From assembly GCA_013239625.1 (NCBI GenBank), contig MU054040.1, forward strand, positions 12,144 to 59,700: DNA of 47,557 bases. Reading direction: 5' to 3'. The position numbers were made by a program, and so were the translations under genes. The first letter of the stretch is position 1. Each line of letters begins with the position of its first letter. Below, one piece after another: positions 37,243-47,557 of this stretch. Under the pieces are notes generated by a model. It ran no database searches. It saw nothing but the letters and a program-made list of their open reading frames with translations, and was not told the origin of the DNA. The stretch is from Lama guanicoe. Its lineage: Eukaryota.

Positions 37243-37867
37243 TATAGTGTGTTGAATAGCGTCCTCCGAAACACCCACATTTATCCCTTCCCATCCCCTT
37301 TTCCCTCGTAACATGAGATTGTTTACTATGTTCACAAGTCTGTTTCTGTTTTATAGATGAGTTCTTTAGTGTCTTCTTTTTTCTTTTTTAACTCCACATG
37401 TGAGTGATATCATATGGTATTTGTCTTTCTCTTTCTGGCTTACTTCACTTAGAATGACATTCTCCAGGTCCATTCATGTTGCTGCAAATGGCATTATTTT
37501 ATTCTTTTTTATGGCTGAGTAGTACTCCATTGTATAAATATACCACAGCTTCTTTAACCAGTCATCTATTGATGGATATTTCGGTTTCTTCCATGCCTTG
37601 GCTATTGTAAATAGTGCTGCTATGAACATTGGGGTGCAGGTACCTTTTTGAATTAGAGTTTCCTCCAGCTATATGCCCAGGAGTGGGATTGCTGGATCAC
37701 ATGATAAGTCTATTTTTAGTTTTTAGAGGAATCTCTATACTGTTTTCCATAATGGCTGCACATCTTGATTTCAGACTTCTAACCTCCAGAAGTGTGAGAA
37801 AATAAACTTCTGTGTTTAAAGCTCTCTGGTTCCTGGTAATGTGTTATGGCAGCCCTAGGAAACATAC
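37243..37867 (+). mobile_element. MLT1B/C-like MaLR LTR, split (37243-37272 and 37759-37867)
   Basis: 5' end gttgaatagcgtcctccgaaa; 3' end cttgatttcagacttctaacctccagaagtgtgagaaaataaac..gttatggcagccctaggaaac. Confidence 0.75.
37275..37761 (-). mobile_element. Cetartiodactyl-type L1 fragment (ORF2 end / 3'UTR)
   Basis: tggcttacttcacttagaatgac, catgttgctgcaaatggcattatt, atatgcccaggagtgggattgctggatca, tgttttccataatggctgcac. Confidence 0.92.
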
Positions 37868-38598
37868 GGAGGCTAAGTGTTACATTAAGTGTCCTGAATG
37901 GGAGTGAGGCATATCCTTTGGAATATGGACTTTAACACTAGCTAAAAAACTGTTCTGTCAAAGAAAAATCTTTTTCTATAGAAAGCTTTAAAAATAGAAC
38001 AGCTCCTCATTTTTCTGGGATGGTTTTGCTATGATCCTACTTAAAAGGAGGTGAATGAACTGAGTGACCTTTGAGGATCTTCTGCAATCCTTTGATGCTG
38101 GGGTTTGATGAACTCTGCTCACCTGGACCAGCTTTACTTTTCTGCTTATGTTTCCAGAACAGCTCTCCATCTCTAAACTTCTCTCAGATGCAAATGGATT
38201 CCTTCCTGGCCTCCACCCGCTCTTTCAGTGTGTATAGATTTGTTACAGGACCGGACAGCTTGAGCCTCCTTCCAGGTGTGTCAGAAACTACACCTTAGCA
38301 AGGATGGAGAGACAAAGACATATTTCAGAAGAAGGATTCTTCTACAAACTACTGTGCAGAATCGCTCTTCATCAAAAGTTGCCAGCCCTTCTATGTTCTG
38401 AAGCACAGCCATGTCTTTGTTCATGCGGATATATTTGTCCTTACTTATATCCTTTGAAAGAGGTCCCTACTGAGGGTCCTCTATATTGTTTTTGTTCACT
38501 GTTTTAGGTGACATTGCCCAATAAAGGCTGTTTTTGTTTGTTTCTTTCTTTCTTTTCAGCCAGTGGGATTTAAAGTGTTCTCGCAGAGTTGATGGTGG

Positions 38599-38917
38599 TA
38601 ATCTTAGTTTTGGCTATTATAACAAATTACCATACATGGGGTGGCTGTCACAACAGAAATTTATTTCTGTGATCAGGGTGCCTGCATGGTTGGGTTCTGG
38701 TGAGAACCAGCTTTCCAGTTGGACGTGGCTGATGACAAAAAGAGCTGAAGCAAGCTCTCAGGTCTCTTCTTCTCAGGGAACTGATCCCTTTCATGAAGCT
38801 TCCACCTTCATGACCTAAATACCTCCCAAAAGTGCCATCTCCTAAAACCATCACATCAAGATTAGAATTTCAACATATGGCTTTTGCAGGGACACAAACA
38901 GTCAGTGGTCCATAACA
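38599..38917 (-). mobile_element. MLT1A/MLT1A0-like MaLR LTR
   Basis: ataacaaattaccata..ggtggct..caacagaaatttattt; ccaccttcatgacctaaatacctcccaaa..tttcaacatatg..gggacacaaaca..tccataaca. Confidence 0.88.
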
Positions 38918-39074
38918 GTGGTATTTCCTAAAACTTCTGTATTACTCATAATTGGGTAATTACAAATGTTCCCCTCTCACCTAACACACCCACCTCAGGT
39001 CAGTGGGAGACTCTATTCCACATCCTACTCCTCTGAAAAGGCAGACCAACCTAGAACATCTCAGAAGTGCGAAG

Positions 39075-39267
39075 GAAAGGTGAGGAATCGTGCACTAGTT
39101 CTAAAGGCTTCTACTTTGACATGATACATGTCACTTACCATCATATTTCACTGGCCAGAAAATCTCATACGTGTGCACAACTTCAGAAAGGGTAGGGAAG
39201 TGCACTCCTGTGATGTCTTTAGAAGGAGAACTGCAAATATGGGAAAGCAGCATAAATGATAACCACC
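39075..39267. mobile_element. Ancient MaLR LTR fragment (MLT1J/K/L-like)
   Basis: tctaaaggcttct..atgtcactt..catatttcactggccagaaaatctcat..gggtagggaagtgca. Confidence 0.6.
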
Positions 39268-39339
39268 TCTCCAAGCCACAATTCAGATCATTTGCTATTT
39301 GACTTTCTATATAGCAAAACAGGTGCTCAGCGGTGGCAT

Positions 39340-39590
39340 CTTCCTAGTCTCGGAGGAATTTATATTTCAGCTAAGGATTCTCTTTGAGGGAGGAGTCACT
39401 GATAAGGACGAGCATTTGAACTGATCCTCTAAAGAGGAAGCTGGAGTCTCAAGATGGAGATGGGGATGCAGAATGTTTTGAGTAGATGAAGCAAAAAAAG
39501 TACTTTTTCGAAACCAAAGCCATGGAAGCACCTAAAATGTGTGAGGCCAGGGAGGAGGACACGGGAAGTTCCCTGTGACTAGCATGTCAG
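39340..39590 (-). mobile_element. L2 fragment
   Basis: ggaggaatttatatttcag; gcatttgaactgatcctctaaagaggaag..ggagt; aaagccatggaagc. Confidence 0.5.
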
Positions 39591-39799
39591 CACCAGGGAT
39601 CCTGGGGCAGTTAAATAATTATTTCTGTTTTCCTCAGAGTCTCAGGAATCTGGTTTCTGGTGCTGTGTGGCACTTGCACACATTTTTTTCATGCAGTCCC
39701 ACATCCCAGTCCTACATGATTCAAACCTGAGTTCACACCTGGAATCTCTCCTATCAGATCCACTCCAGCTTCAACCTACTTGTATCACAACTTCATCCC

Positions 39800-39922
39800 A
39801 TGGGGTAGAAACTAAGACGAAGCAAGCGAGGCATGTCAGGTGCAAAATTGAAAGAGACACTCCCTCCCAGGTGCTGACCTTGCTCCTGTACAAACTTGAG
39901 AAGAAGTGTTTCCTTAAAAGTG
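39800..39922. mobile_element. MER91-like hAT MITE remnant
   Basis: aactaagacgaagcaagcgaggca..ggtgcaaaattgaaagagacactc...gtgtttccttaaaa matches the palindromic MER91A pattern. Confidence 0.6.
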
Positions 39923-40689
39923 AAGTTTCAGGGACAGTGAGCAAATTTTTTTAAAAGTTTTAAATATTTAAAATATAAAATAAAATCATTTCTGGCTTTC
40001 CTGTTTACATAGACAAAAAGAAGTCTATCTAGGGAACTGTTTTTTGTGTGTTGGTTTTTCTCCATCTGCACCACACTCCCGCCCTCAACACAGACACATT
40101 TCTCTAAATTTGTCTGCCCTACTGTACGCTCCTACAGTGTGTCCCTCCTTCCGTATTTCGAGCTCCAAATGGGCGCCACTACCACTCTGGTCCACCAGAA
40201 GTTCTTCAGTCCTAAGGAAGGTCTCCATGTGTCTGAAATCACTGCAGCTCTCCAAGTGCCCGATTATCTTCCCTTTATTCCCCTACACCTGTCCGCATTT
40301 CTATAAAGTCCCTTCATCAGTTTCACTCAAACCCAAGGTAACGTCTGTTTCCTAATAAGAATCTGACTAATACAACCTGTTTAATCCCAAGCTTTCCCCA
40401 CAGCACAGACCTGATGAATTTGCGTACCTTTCATAGTTGAAAGGTAAGGAAGAGGACACATTTCAGGTGTACAGATCCAGCGTGATTCATGCTGATGGGC
40501 CTGAGGCGAGTGTCATCAATTATGATGCTGTTTTCCTGATTTCAGTATGATGGAGCGGGCTATCTTTCCTCTCACCCTTTAAGATAGCACACAAACCCAA
40601 GATTTAAAACAAGAGGTAGAAAATGAAGAAGCTCACACTTTCCTCGTTACCATCCAGGAGCTTCTCATGAGAGAGAAAAAAAAAAGGTT

Positions 40690-40703
40690 GTTTCCATGGT
40701 GAC
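40690..40703. promoter_or_regulatory. RFX X-box motif
   Basis: GTTTCCATGGTGAC (reverse complement GTCACCATGGAAAC) fits GTYNCYATRGNAAC. Confidence 0.5.
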
Positions 40704-42294
40704 GAGAACGCACCCAAAAGTTCATAAAGGAAACAAACTCCCCTTGGGCAGTAATCAGTGGTCAGACAGGATCTGACAAGCATAGCGGAGTCTTAGCGAT
40801 CGCTCCAGGGCTGTCCTTAGTTCTGGTCAACTCCTTTGCTAACTGGGATGTGACGGGAACCCAACTGAAAACAGTCCAGAGGGGGAGACAAAGAAACAAG
40901 CAAGATAATGGAAAACAAACTCATTATCTCTGGAATACGAAGGGTTGTCCCTGCAAGATTGTCTTCTCTTTGTCCTAGAGCACTTGAAAGTTTTGAAGAT
41001 CCATTTAATGTAAAGGCAGAATAGCGGAAGTCGAAATAATATTTTACATAACGCTTATTGTAGGTTTAAAGGCTTGCTACAATGAAACTGGGATGACAGG
41101 GAACTTAAAACAGCGAAGTAAACTGCAAATACCCCATAAAAATATATAGGCAGTAGCCAACTGATGCAAGCAGATAAGCTTTATGGTACGAGACGACTGA
41201 CTTGCATTAACACCGAAATTCTTTGCCTCATTCTGGCGTTCTCAAGCAGCAGTGGCGTCTCTTCCTAGCACTCTCCTTTTTCCCTCAGCAAGGAACAGCA
41301 GCCCTACTTCCTGGCTAATTAGAGTGGTTTATAATTAGATTTTGGCCTGTAGGAAGGGATTAATCTCTCTAACAGCTTCTGTTAGCCAGGGTATTCACGC
41401 CAATTTTTATTAATTTATTTATTTTTATTGTGAGTTTCCTTTAATAAGGAGGCTTCCTTCCACAGATTTCCTTTTGATGTCAGGATTAAAGTACATTTTC
41501 AAATTCACTCCCCTCCGCACAGAAATCTTTAGGTTTGGAGTAGCAACTGAATGCCTCAAGATTAAGAGTTTGCTGATTCTCACATCTTTATCCAAGAGCA
41601 AGTCATTTGAGCTCCCCCCCAACCCCGGCACCCCCTACCTTGCTTTCCACCATCAGTCGGTTCTTCAAATGCAATGACAATGCAAGACACTCAGCTAGAT
41701 GCTTTGGGGTATGAAAACAGGAGGGTAGAAGTTTCTAGAAGTTTAATAGGATCACCGAAAACTGTGTTAACAATAATAATGTCAGCTTGAACTGGGCATC
41801 AGGGTCACCATGCAAGTCACGCATGATCAAATGACATATAAGCTCTATGTACAGTAAGAAATATATTTTCAGAGGAAATTGTTCCAATCATGCACCTGCC
41901 ACCAACCAGAGCTATGATTTGGAAAAGTCATTTGCCTTATTAATGTCATAAATAACATCATTCCTGTGGTTTCTTTCCTGGTCTAAAGTTTATCACTCTA
42001 TGATTATTTTACACCAGGTATCTTGGGATGGAGTGGACTCTGGAATTCTTGCTCAACAATATGGCCACGCTCTCAACAAACAGGTTGAAGTGAGGGAGGT
42101 TAACTTTTAACATGGGAAGCACATTCTAGCAGAGACCCTTCCCCTCTCTCTCCTTCTGGGGTTGATTAAGTACATAAACATAATTCCTGGTGAGTTTTCT
42201 TCAGTTTGTATCTTAAATGTGGAACTAAAAGTTGTCGCTAAATCACATGTTACTGAAATTGTGTAAGACGCAAATGACAGTGTTACAGCCCATG

Positions 42295-42515
42295 TTTTTT
42301 TTTTAATGGCTTTATTATGATATGATTCCTGCACAGTGAACTACACATATTCCAGACGTACAATTTGATGAATTTTGATAGGTGTATACAGCAATGAAAT
42401 CACCGTCACAAGCAAGAGAGTTAACATTTCCATCACTCCCCAAGAGGGGCAAATTTCAAACTCCCAATTTATCCCTTCCCACCCCTTTTACCCTCTGGTC
42501 ACTATAAGTTTGTCT
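42295..42515 (-). mobile_element. L1MB-like 3' end (42295-42446) abutting a short younger L1 fragment (42455-42515)
   Basis: gctttattatgatatgatt..gtacaatttgatgaattttga..aacatttccatcactccc; then caaactcccaatttatcccttcccaccc..ggtcactataagtttgt. Confidence 0.75.
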
Positions 42516-43004
42516 GTGGTTTTTCATAGTCCAGTTCCTCTGGACTCTATTCCTTCCCCCAGGATGGCACAGAGAGGGGACAGACTCTCACATCCTCCAC
42601 TCATCCACAGCTGACCACAGCTGAACTCGCTCCTCAGGATGCAGACCTTCATTCTGCCCCATGACTAGACTTAGAAGCAGAATTAAAGTGAGATGGGGAT
42701 GTGGAATGAGGCTCACAGAGGATGGACGGGGAGGTTTCAAATCAATGAACTCCTACATCCTGCCAAATTTTATCTCCCATGTTGGTTAATGGCTTTGTGC
42801 CCCTTCTACTGTGCTAGTTTAACTTCCTACAAATTTTATCCATCCTTAAAAGTCCACTATGAAGTCTTTTTCAAAGCTGTTTAGGGAGACCCAGTTCACC
42901 AGGACATAATACTCCTGGCTTCTAAAGTGGGCATTGTCTCTCCCGTGTGTAAAGTGGTGAAAAGCATGTTCTTCCATCAAACCTCCTGGCCTCACACCTT
43001 AGCA

Positions 43005-43182
43005 AGCCTATTGACTAGCTGTGTGACCTTAGACATGTCACTGACAGGGACTATGCCTCAGTTTCTCCATCTGTAAAATTGGACAATACTATTAGCTGTC
43101 TTATAAGGTTGTGGTGAAAATTAAATGGGGTAATACTTACAACACACCAAATAGCATTTGGCACATAGTAAACATTAAACAC
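43005..43182 (+). mobile_element. MIR SINE
   Basis: actagctgtgtgaccttagaca..tgcctcagtttctccatctgtaaaat..ggttgtggtgaaaattaaatg..tggcacatagtaa. Confidence 0.92.
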
Positions 43183-43537
43183 CCAATTACAACCAAGCAG
43201 GCCCCTATCGTCATTGGCGACCATATGGTATCTGTAACTGCTTAATAATAATTTAAATGGCTTTTCTCATATGATTGCAAGCCAGGGTTAGGATGGAGAG
43301 GAGGGAGGCTTGAGTGGTCCCCCCAACCTCCTCATGGTGCTGCGTGCAGGGATCATGCTCAGTGCCTTCCTTTTGCTCCTAATGCCCTGATTTTAACCCC
43401 CAGAGCTTTCCTTTTGCTCCAGACACCTCAGAAATGACAGGGAGGTTTCTGCTTTCTGTATTTTGTTGCTCTTAACTTACTCCAATAGCACATGCATGCA
43501 GTTATTTTAGTCCCTTGTGGTTTCTTTGCATTCTTTT

Positions 43538-44043
43538 GTTTGAGGTGCAGGTCCCAGGCTGTGCAAACATTGCAGCAAGAGGTCTCAGGCCTCAGCCTGC
43601 CTAAAATGCTAGATGCATACATCAACTTGACTTTAAACTGCACAAGTTTTTTCTAGAGCACTTTTCCACAGACCCCCCCCTTCCTAAGCACCCTTTGTTC
43701 TAGGCACAATAATATTAGGAGATTCACAAAGACAGAGAAAAACATCATACCCAGCAGAAGGAAGGGAGCCATTGCATCTGCAAAAACAAGAACAACTTTG
43801 CAACAATCTTGTTACCCTGTGTGCTATTTCTATGGAAATCAGCACCACCCCTTGAACTCCAGAACTTTTACTATAAAACCTCTTCTCTTCTCTCCCCAGC
43901 AGGATCACAGTCTTGGAGGAATTAACCTACTGTGGCCTCCTTTGCTTGGCAAAGAAATAAAGTTATTTTCTCTGTTTCATCCAAAACTCTGTCCTTGAGT
44001 CTCAATTCAGTAATCGGGGTACAGAGGTCGAGTTTCAGCAACA
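43538..44043 (+). mobile_element. Solo ERV1-type LTR (lineage-specific; 5' boundary uncertain)
   Basis: TATA (ctataaaacc), cagtcttggaggaattaacctactgtggcctcctttgcttggcaaagaaataaag, terminus acagaggtcgagtttcagcaaca. Confidence 0.7.
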
Positions 44044-44169
44044 CAATGATGTCAGTTATCTTTACTTGACACCGAACAATATTCCAAGGTGTATGTCCTT
44101 TTACATAACTTGACTATAAACACACTGAAATCAGTTTTTATTTCTATACTTCTGGGTATCTTCCTGGCA

Positions 44170-44848
44170 CCTGTGGGGCATCCTGCAGAGATCAGACATT
44201 AAGCAAGTATTATCCAAACAATGCTTAGCAGTGGTGATTCATAGAAATAAGATGTGAGAAGTGGCCAGAGCAGGCAGCTTTTATATTTTTTGACAAAGAC
44301 ACAATACACTTGATAACTTACTGTACAGCACAGGGAGCTGTATTCAATTTCTTGTAATAACGTATAATGGGAAAGAATCTGAAAAGAAAGAAATATGTAC
44401 ATGTATGTATATGCATAACTAAATCACTTTGCTGTACACCTGAAACTAACATTGTAAATCAACTATACTTCAATTAAAAAATAAAAGAAAAAGAAACTAT
44501 ATATTGGAGAGGAATTGACAGAACAAAGAAACTTAGGTTTGGGTGCTTAATTAGTAAGGAATTTAAGCAAAGTTTGGGATTGAGTAGTAAATGAGAAAAG
44601 AGGTCACGTTGTTTATTTGCAACAGGCATCATCCCTGAATTCCCCATCTATGGTGATAAGGGCGTCTTTCTATCTCCTGGTAGAGGGAGGGCACCCTTCA
44701 CCTGGGAGATGCATTTCCTGCTTTTGGGGGGCCGACAGAAGGGTCAAAGTGTCCCTCTTGCATCAGCCATTTCCTAAGTACCTTCAATTCAAAATAATCA
44801 TTATGCCATCAAGGCGTATTTTGGGGCAGCCTGCCCTGGGCCCCGACA
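44170..44848 (-). mobile_element. MER34-family ERV1 LTR, interrupted by an L1 fragment
   Basis: Minus strand starts TGTCGGGGCCCAGG..CCCCAAAATACGCC..TGGCATAATGATTATTTTGA; TATAAAAGCTGCCTGCTCTGGCCACTTCT lies on the other side of the L1. Confidence 0.75.
44317..44496 (+). mobile_element. Cetartiodactyl-type L1 3' end with A-rich tail
   Basis: tactgtacagcacagggagctgtattcaat..aatcactttgctgtacacctgaaactaac..tgtaaatcaactatacttcaattaaaaa. Confidence 0.9.
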
Positions 44849-44956
44849 ATATAAGGAAGAGGGCTAGAGTCAGACAGCTCAGAAGATTGTGACATAGACA
44901 AGGCATACTTTTCCATGATGGTGCAAGTTGGTTTTTAAATTTTTTTTTTCTACTGG

Positions 44957-47557
44957 CTCCTCTCTTTTGATCAAAAAAATCTCGAGCAATTTTATGGATT
45001 ACAAAATAAGACTAATCTTAATAGATTTGGCCCGATTATTGACCTAGGTACATCGAGAGTGTTACTTTTCCACATGGTCCTCTACATTTGCTTTGTTAGC
45101 AATTCTCATGAAGGATCTCAGATTGGAGTCTTAATAGCCTCTTTAGGCAAGAAAGCCAAGCCAAGAAAACCCCTACCAGATTTCAACTAGAGGATGTATA
45201 AATTGGGTAAATGCATCACTTTGCAAGGTCCTAAAATTAGTCTAAGCTTCCTGGACGTGCCTAAACATGACCTTCCACACTCACTTTTAAGGCTGAGAAC
45301 TCTAAGCGCCATGCACCAAGCCAGTTTTCCCAAGAGAGATTCATAAACATTGATTCCATAGAATCAAGCTTCATTAGTTAAAAGGGTCTGGTCAGAGCTG
45401 ATAAAAGGAGCAACTTTCTCAAATATGACATTCTAAACAAAAGATTTGGTCATATAACCAATGTTTCCGACTATGTCCTGGGCAATTCTGAATAGATCTA
45501 AGCAAATAATTGTACTGCCATGAAGTAAGAACACACAGTGAGAGATCCCAGAGTCCATAGGAATCAGCCATGGAGATGAAGAATCAGAAGACATTGTTGC
45601 TTAGAATCACAAGGCAAAGCAGCCCCAGAACTCTGATGAATAGAATCACGTCTGGGAGAGCGAGGACGCATCTCAGATACATCCCACATGGCACATGGTT
45701 TCCTTATATCAACAATACATCCATGAAAATGTGATCTAAGGAAAAAGAAGCATCTCTTCAGATTCGACAACTCCTCCCATAAAAATTAATCAAATAAATC
45801 AAATTATTTCTGGCACCTGTCTTCTATAAGCTTCAACAAATCATTGTGATTTTTTCAGGAGAAATTGCAGAGAGAATTTATGGCGCAAAAAACTCATGAT
45901 AATTTCATATTTTTTATTTCATTTTACATTTAGGCTTCAACTTTGGAGACACCAAAAAATAAAATTGAACAGTTGTTACGAAGTTTGAACACTTAAGATA
46001 GACATAGTATGTGTCTCCTCTTTTGAGAGTGAAAATGAAACATTCAAAAACTAGCAGAAAAAGTGACAGGTTTGGAGAGAAACTTAGCTGTTTCATTAGG
46101 GAGAAGCCTTTATTGTTGTGGTGGTTGTTGGCTGTTTTACACAATCAAGGTCATAGTAAAGTGAAGACAAAGCACAGAATATTGTTCTGATAAAATGCAA
46201 AATCTGTACAGATGACAAAGAATGACACACTATAGGCCAAGACAACACACAGCAAATGAGGAACACAACCCATTAAAGTTGAGGAAACTTTGCTAAGATT
46301 TTATCATACCTCACAGCTTTGCACACTCATTATTTGCACACACTATCATCCAAAGCAAATAAAATTCCCTTCCTGTGAACCTTCTGCAAATTTCTATGCC
46401 TAATCATACTTTTGTCCTCCACTTTCCTCCTTGTTACTGTGGGACAAACAGGCACTTTACTTCACAACAAAACTGTTGCTAAACAAGAGCCCATCCTGCC
46501 ACTTCACACACAAAGAGGTACATTTGTGCCAAGATTGCTCCTAGTTCCCTCTAAGTTACTTGTAGTAACTAGGACCTTTAACCAAAGTAACTTCTAGTTT
46601 ACTGAGAAACGTGGAGGTGGATGATGATAAACTGTCAGACACCAGGATTTACAGTGGAGTACCAGAGAGCTCACACACATGCACACGCACATGTGCACAC
46701 ACACGTACACACACCCAAGCTCTCTGCAGCCACAAGCATTCCTTGGAGAACAGCTACTCAAAGTGTCAACAGCGAACACAGCTCACCAAAGATCGAGCCT
46801 CTGCATAACATACAAAAATAAAAAGCAAAAGCACATAGACTTAGAATCACGCTTAGTAATGAATTTTTCGGTATTCTGTCTTACTTAGAAATGATCTAAG
46901 TATCCAATGAATGTGCACTAATTAACTCAATTTAATATCAGTCCGAGGATTTAAGTCGCCTAAAGATCTCGGAAATTTCCTTCAAGCTGACAACTACAAA
47001 GCACAATTACTGTTGGAATAAAATTAATTTAAACAGAGATTTAAAACACAGCTTTACATTTTTCATAATCTTGAACATTGAGCAGAAGTAATGCTAGCTT
47101 ATTGGATCAGTAAATCGTATTACTTTAAGAAAAACATACACAGAAAGAAGAAAAATGTACACTTGCATTATGTTTAACACTGATGAATCAGAGAACATGT
47201 AGCTGTTTTCATCTAACCAAAAATATTCAAGCAGCCTCATTTGCCAGACCTAGCTAAGTGATAGTCCCTTGAATTTTTAAAATATTTCTAAATTTTTTTT
47301 TTGCAAAAATACTTTTTCCTCATTAAAGTTCAATTTTCTAAGTTTCTGGAAAATTTAGGACTATTCAGTTTATATGTGTTTATTTATCTCTATAACTCAA
47401 CCAGAACAAGTTTCTTTAAGAGACTTTATAGTCTAATTTATCAATATCCTCTAGAAGTAGCAAAAGATTACACATTTGTATAATTGGATGTAACGGCCGT
47501 CTGAGTTATAGACAACAGGATACACAGACAGATAGAGAGCTTCAATTCTAAAAGCAG
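44957..47557 (-). mobile_element. Non-coding MER4-group ERV1 internal sequence (runs off the window)
   Basis: ggatctcagattgga..tagcctct..ggcaagaaagccaagccaag, aaatatgacattc..caaaag..ttggt, cttagaaatgatctaagtatccaatgaat, ttaactcaatttaatatcagtc; PPT-like GATCAAAAGAGAGGA on the minus strand at ~44958-44972; no intact gag/pol/env ORF. Confidence 0.8.
46671..46715. repeat. Degenerate (CA)n tract
   Basis: Direct reading. Confidence 0.85.

Noticed and set aside
44957..47557. Possible intact or exapted retroviral gene in the ERV internal region
   Set aside because: Only short ORFs, with no gag/pol/env motifs
1..47557. Prokaryotic-type systems (CRISPR, operons), rRNA or true tRNA genes
   Set aside because: The sequence is mammalian; there is no repeat-spacer array, and tRNA-like segments are SINE heads

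Overview
Mammalian non-coding DNA, most likely camelid (alpaca/llama/camel). This rests on three tRNA-derived SINEs resembling the camelid Vic-1 family and cetartiodactyl-type L1 3' ends; no Alu, B1/B2, Bov-tA or Can-SINE was recognised. I find no credible protein-coding gene: the only ORFs with recognisable homology are decayed LINE-1 ORF2 fragments. The window reads as intergenic or deep intronic DNA with old repeats (L1M, L2, MIR, MaLR, MER31, MER34, MER91), a MER4-group ERV remnant at the right end, microsatellites and two assembly gaps. The most notable items are: a CpG-rich patch at ~6.6-6.8 kb with outward-facing splice donors and a plausible minus-strand spliced unit; a repeat-poor, homeodomain-motif-rich block at ~10-14 kb; two tandem duplications (434 bp, ~228 bp); and a nested LTR/L1 stack at 43.5-45 kb. 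I found no convincing novel biological system. Repeat family names come from recall of consensus sequences, not a search, and boundaries are approximate.
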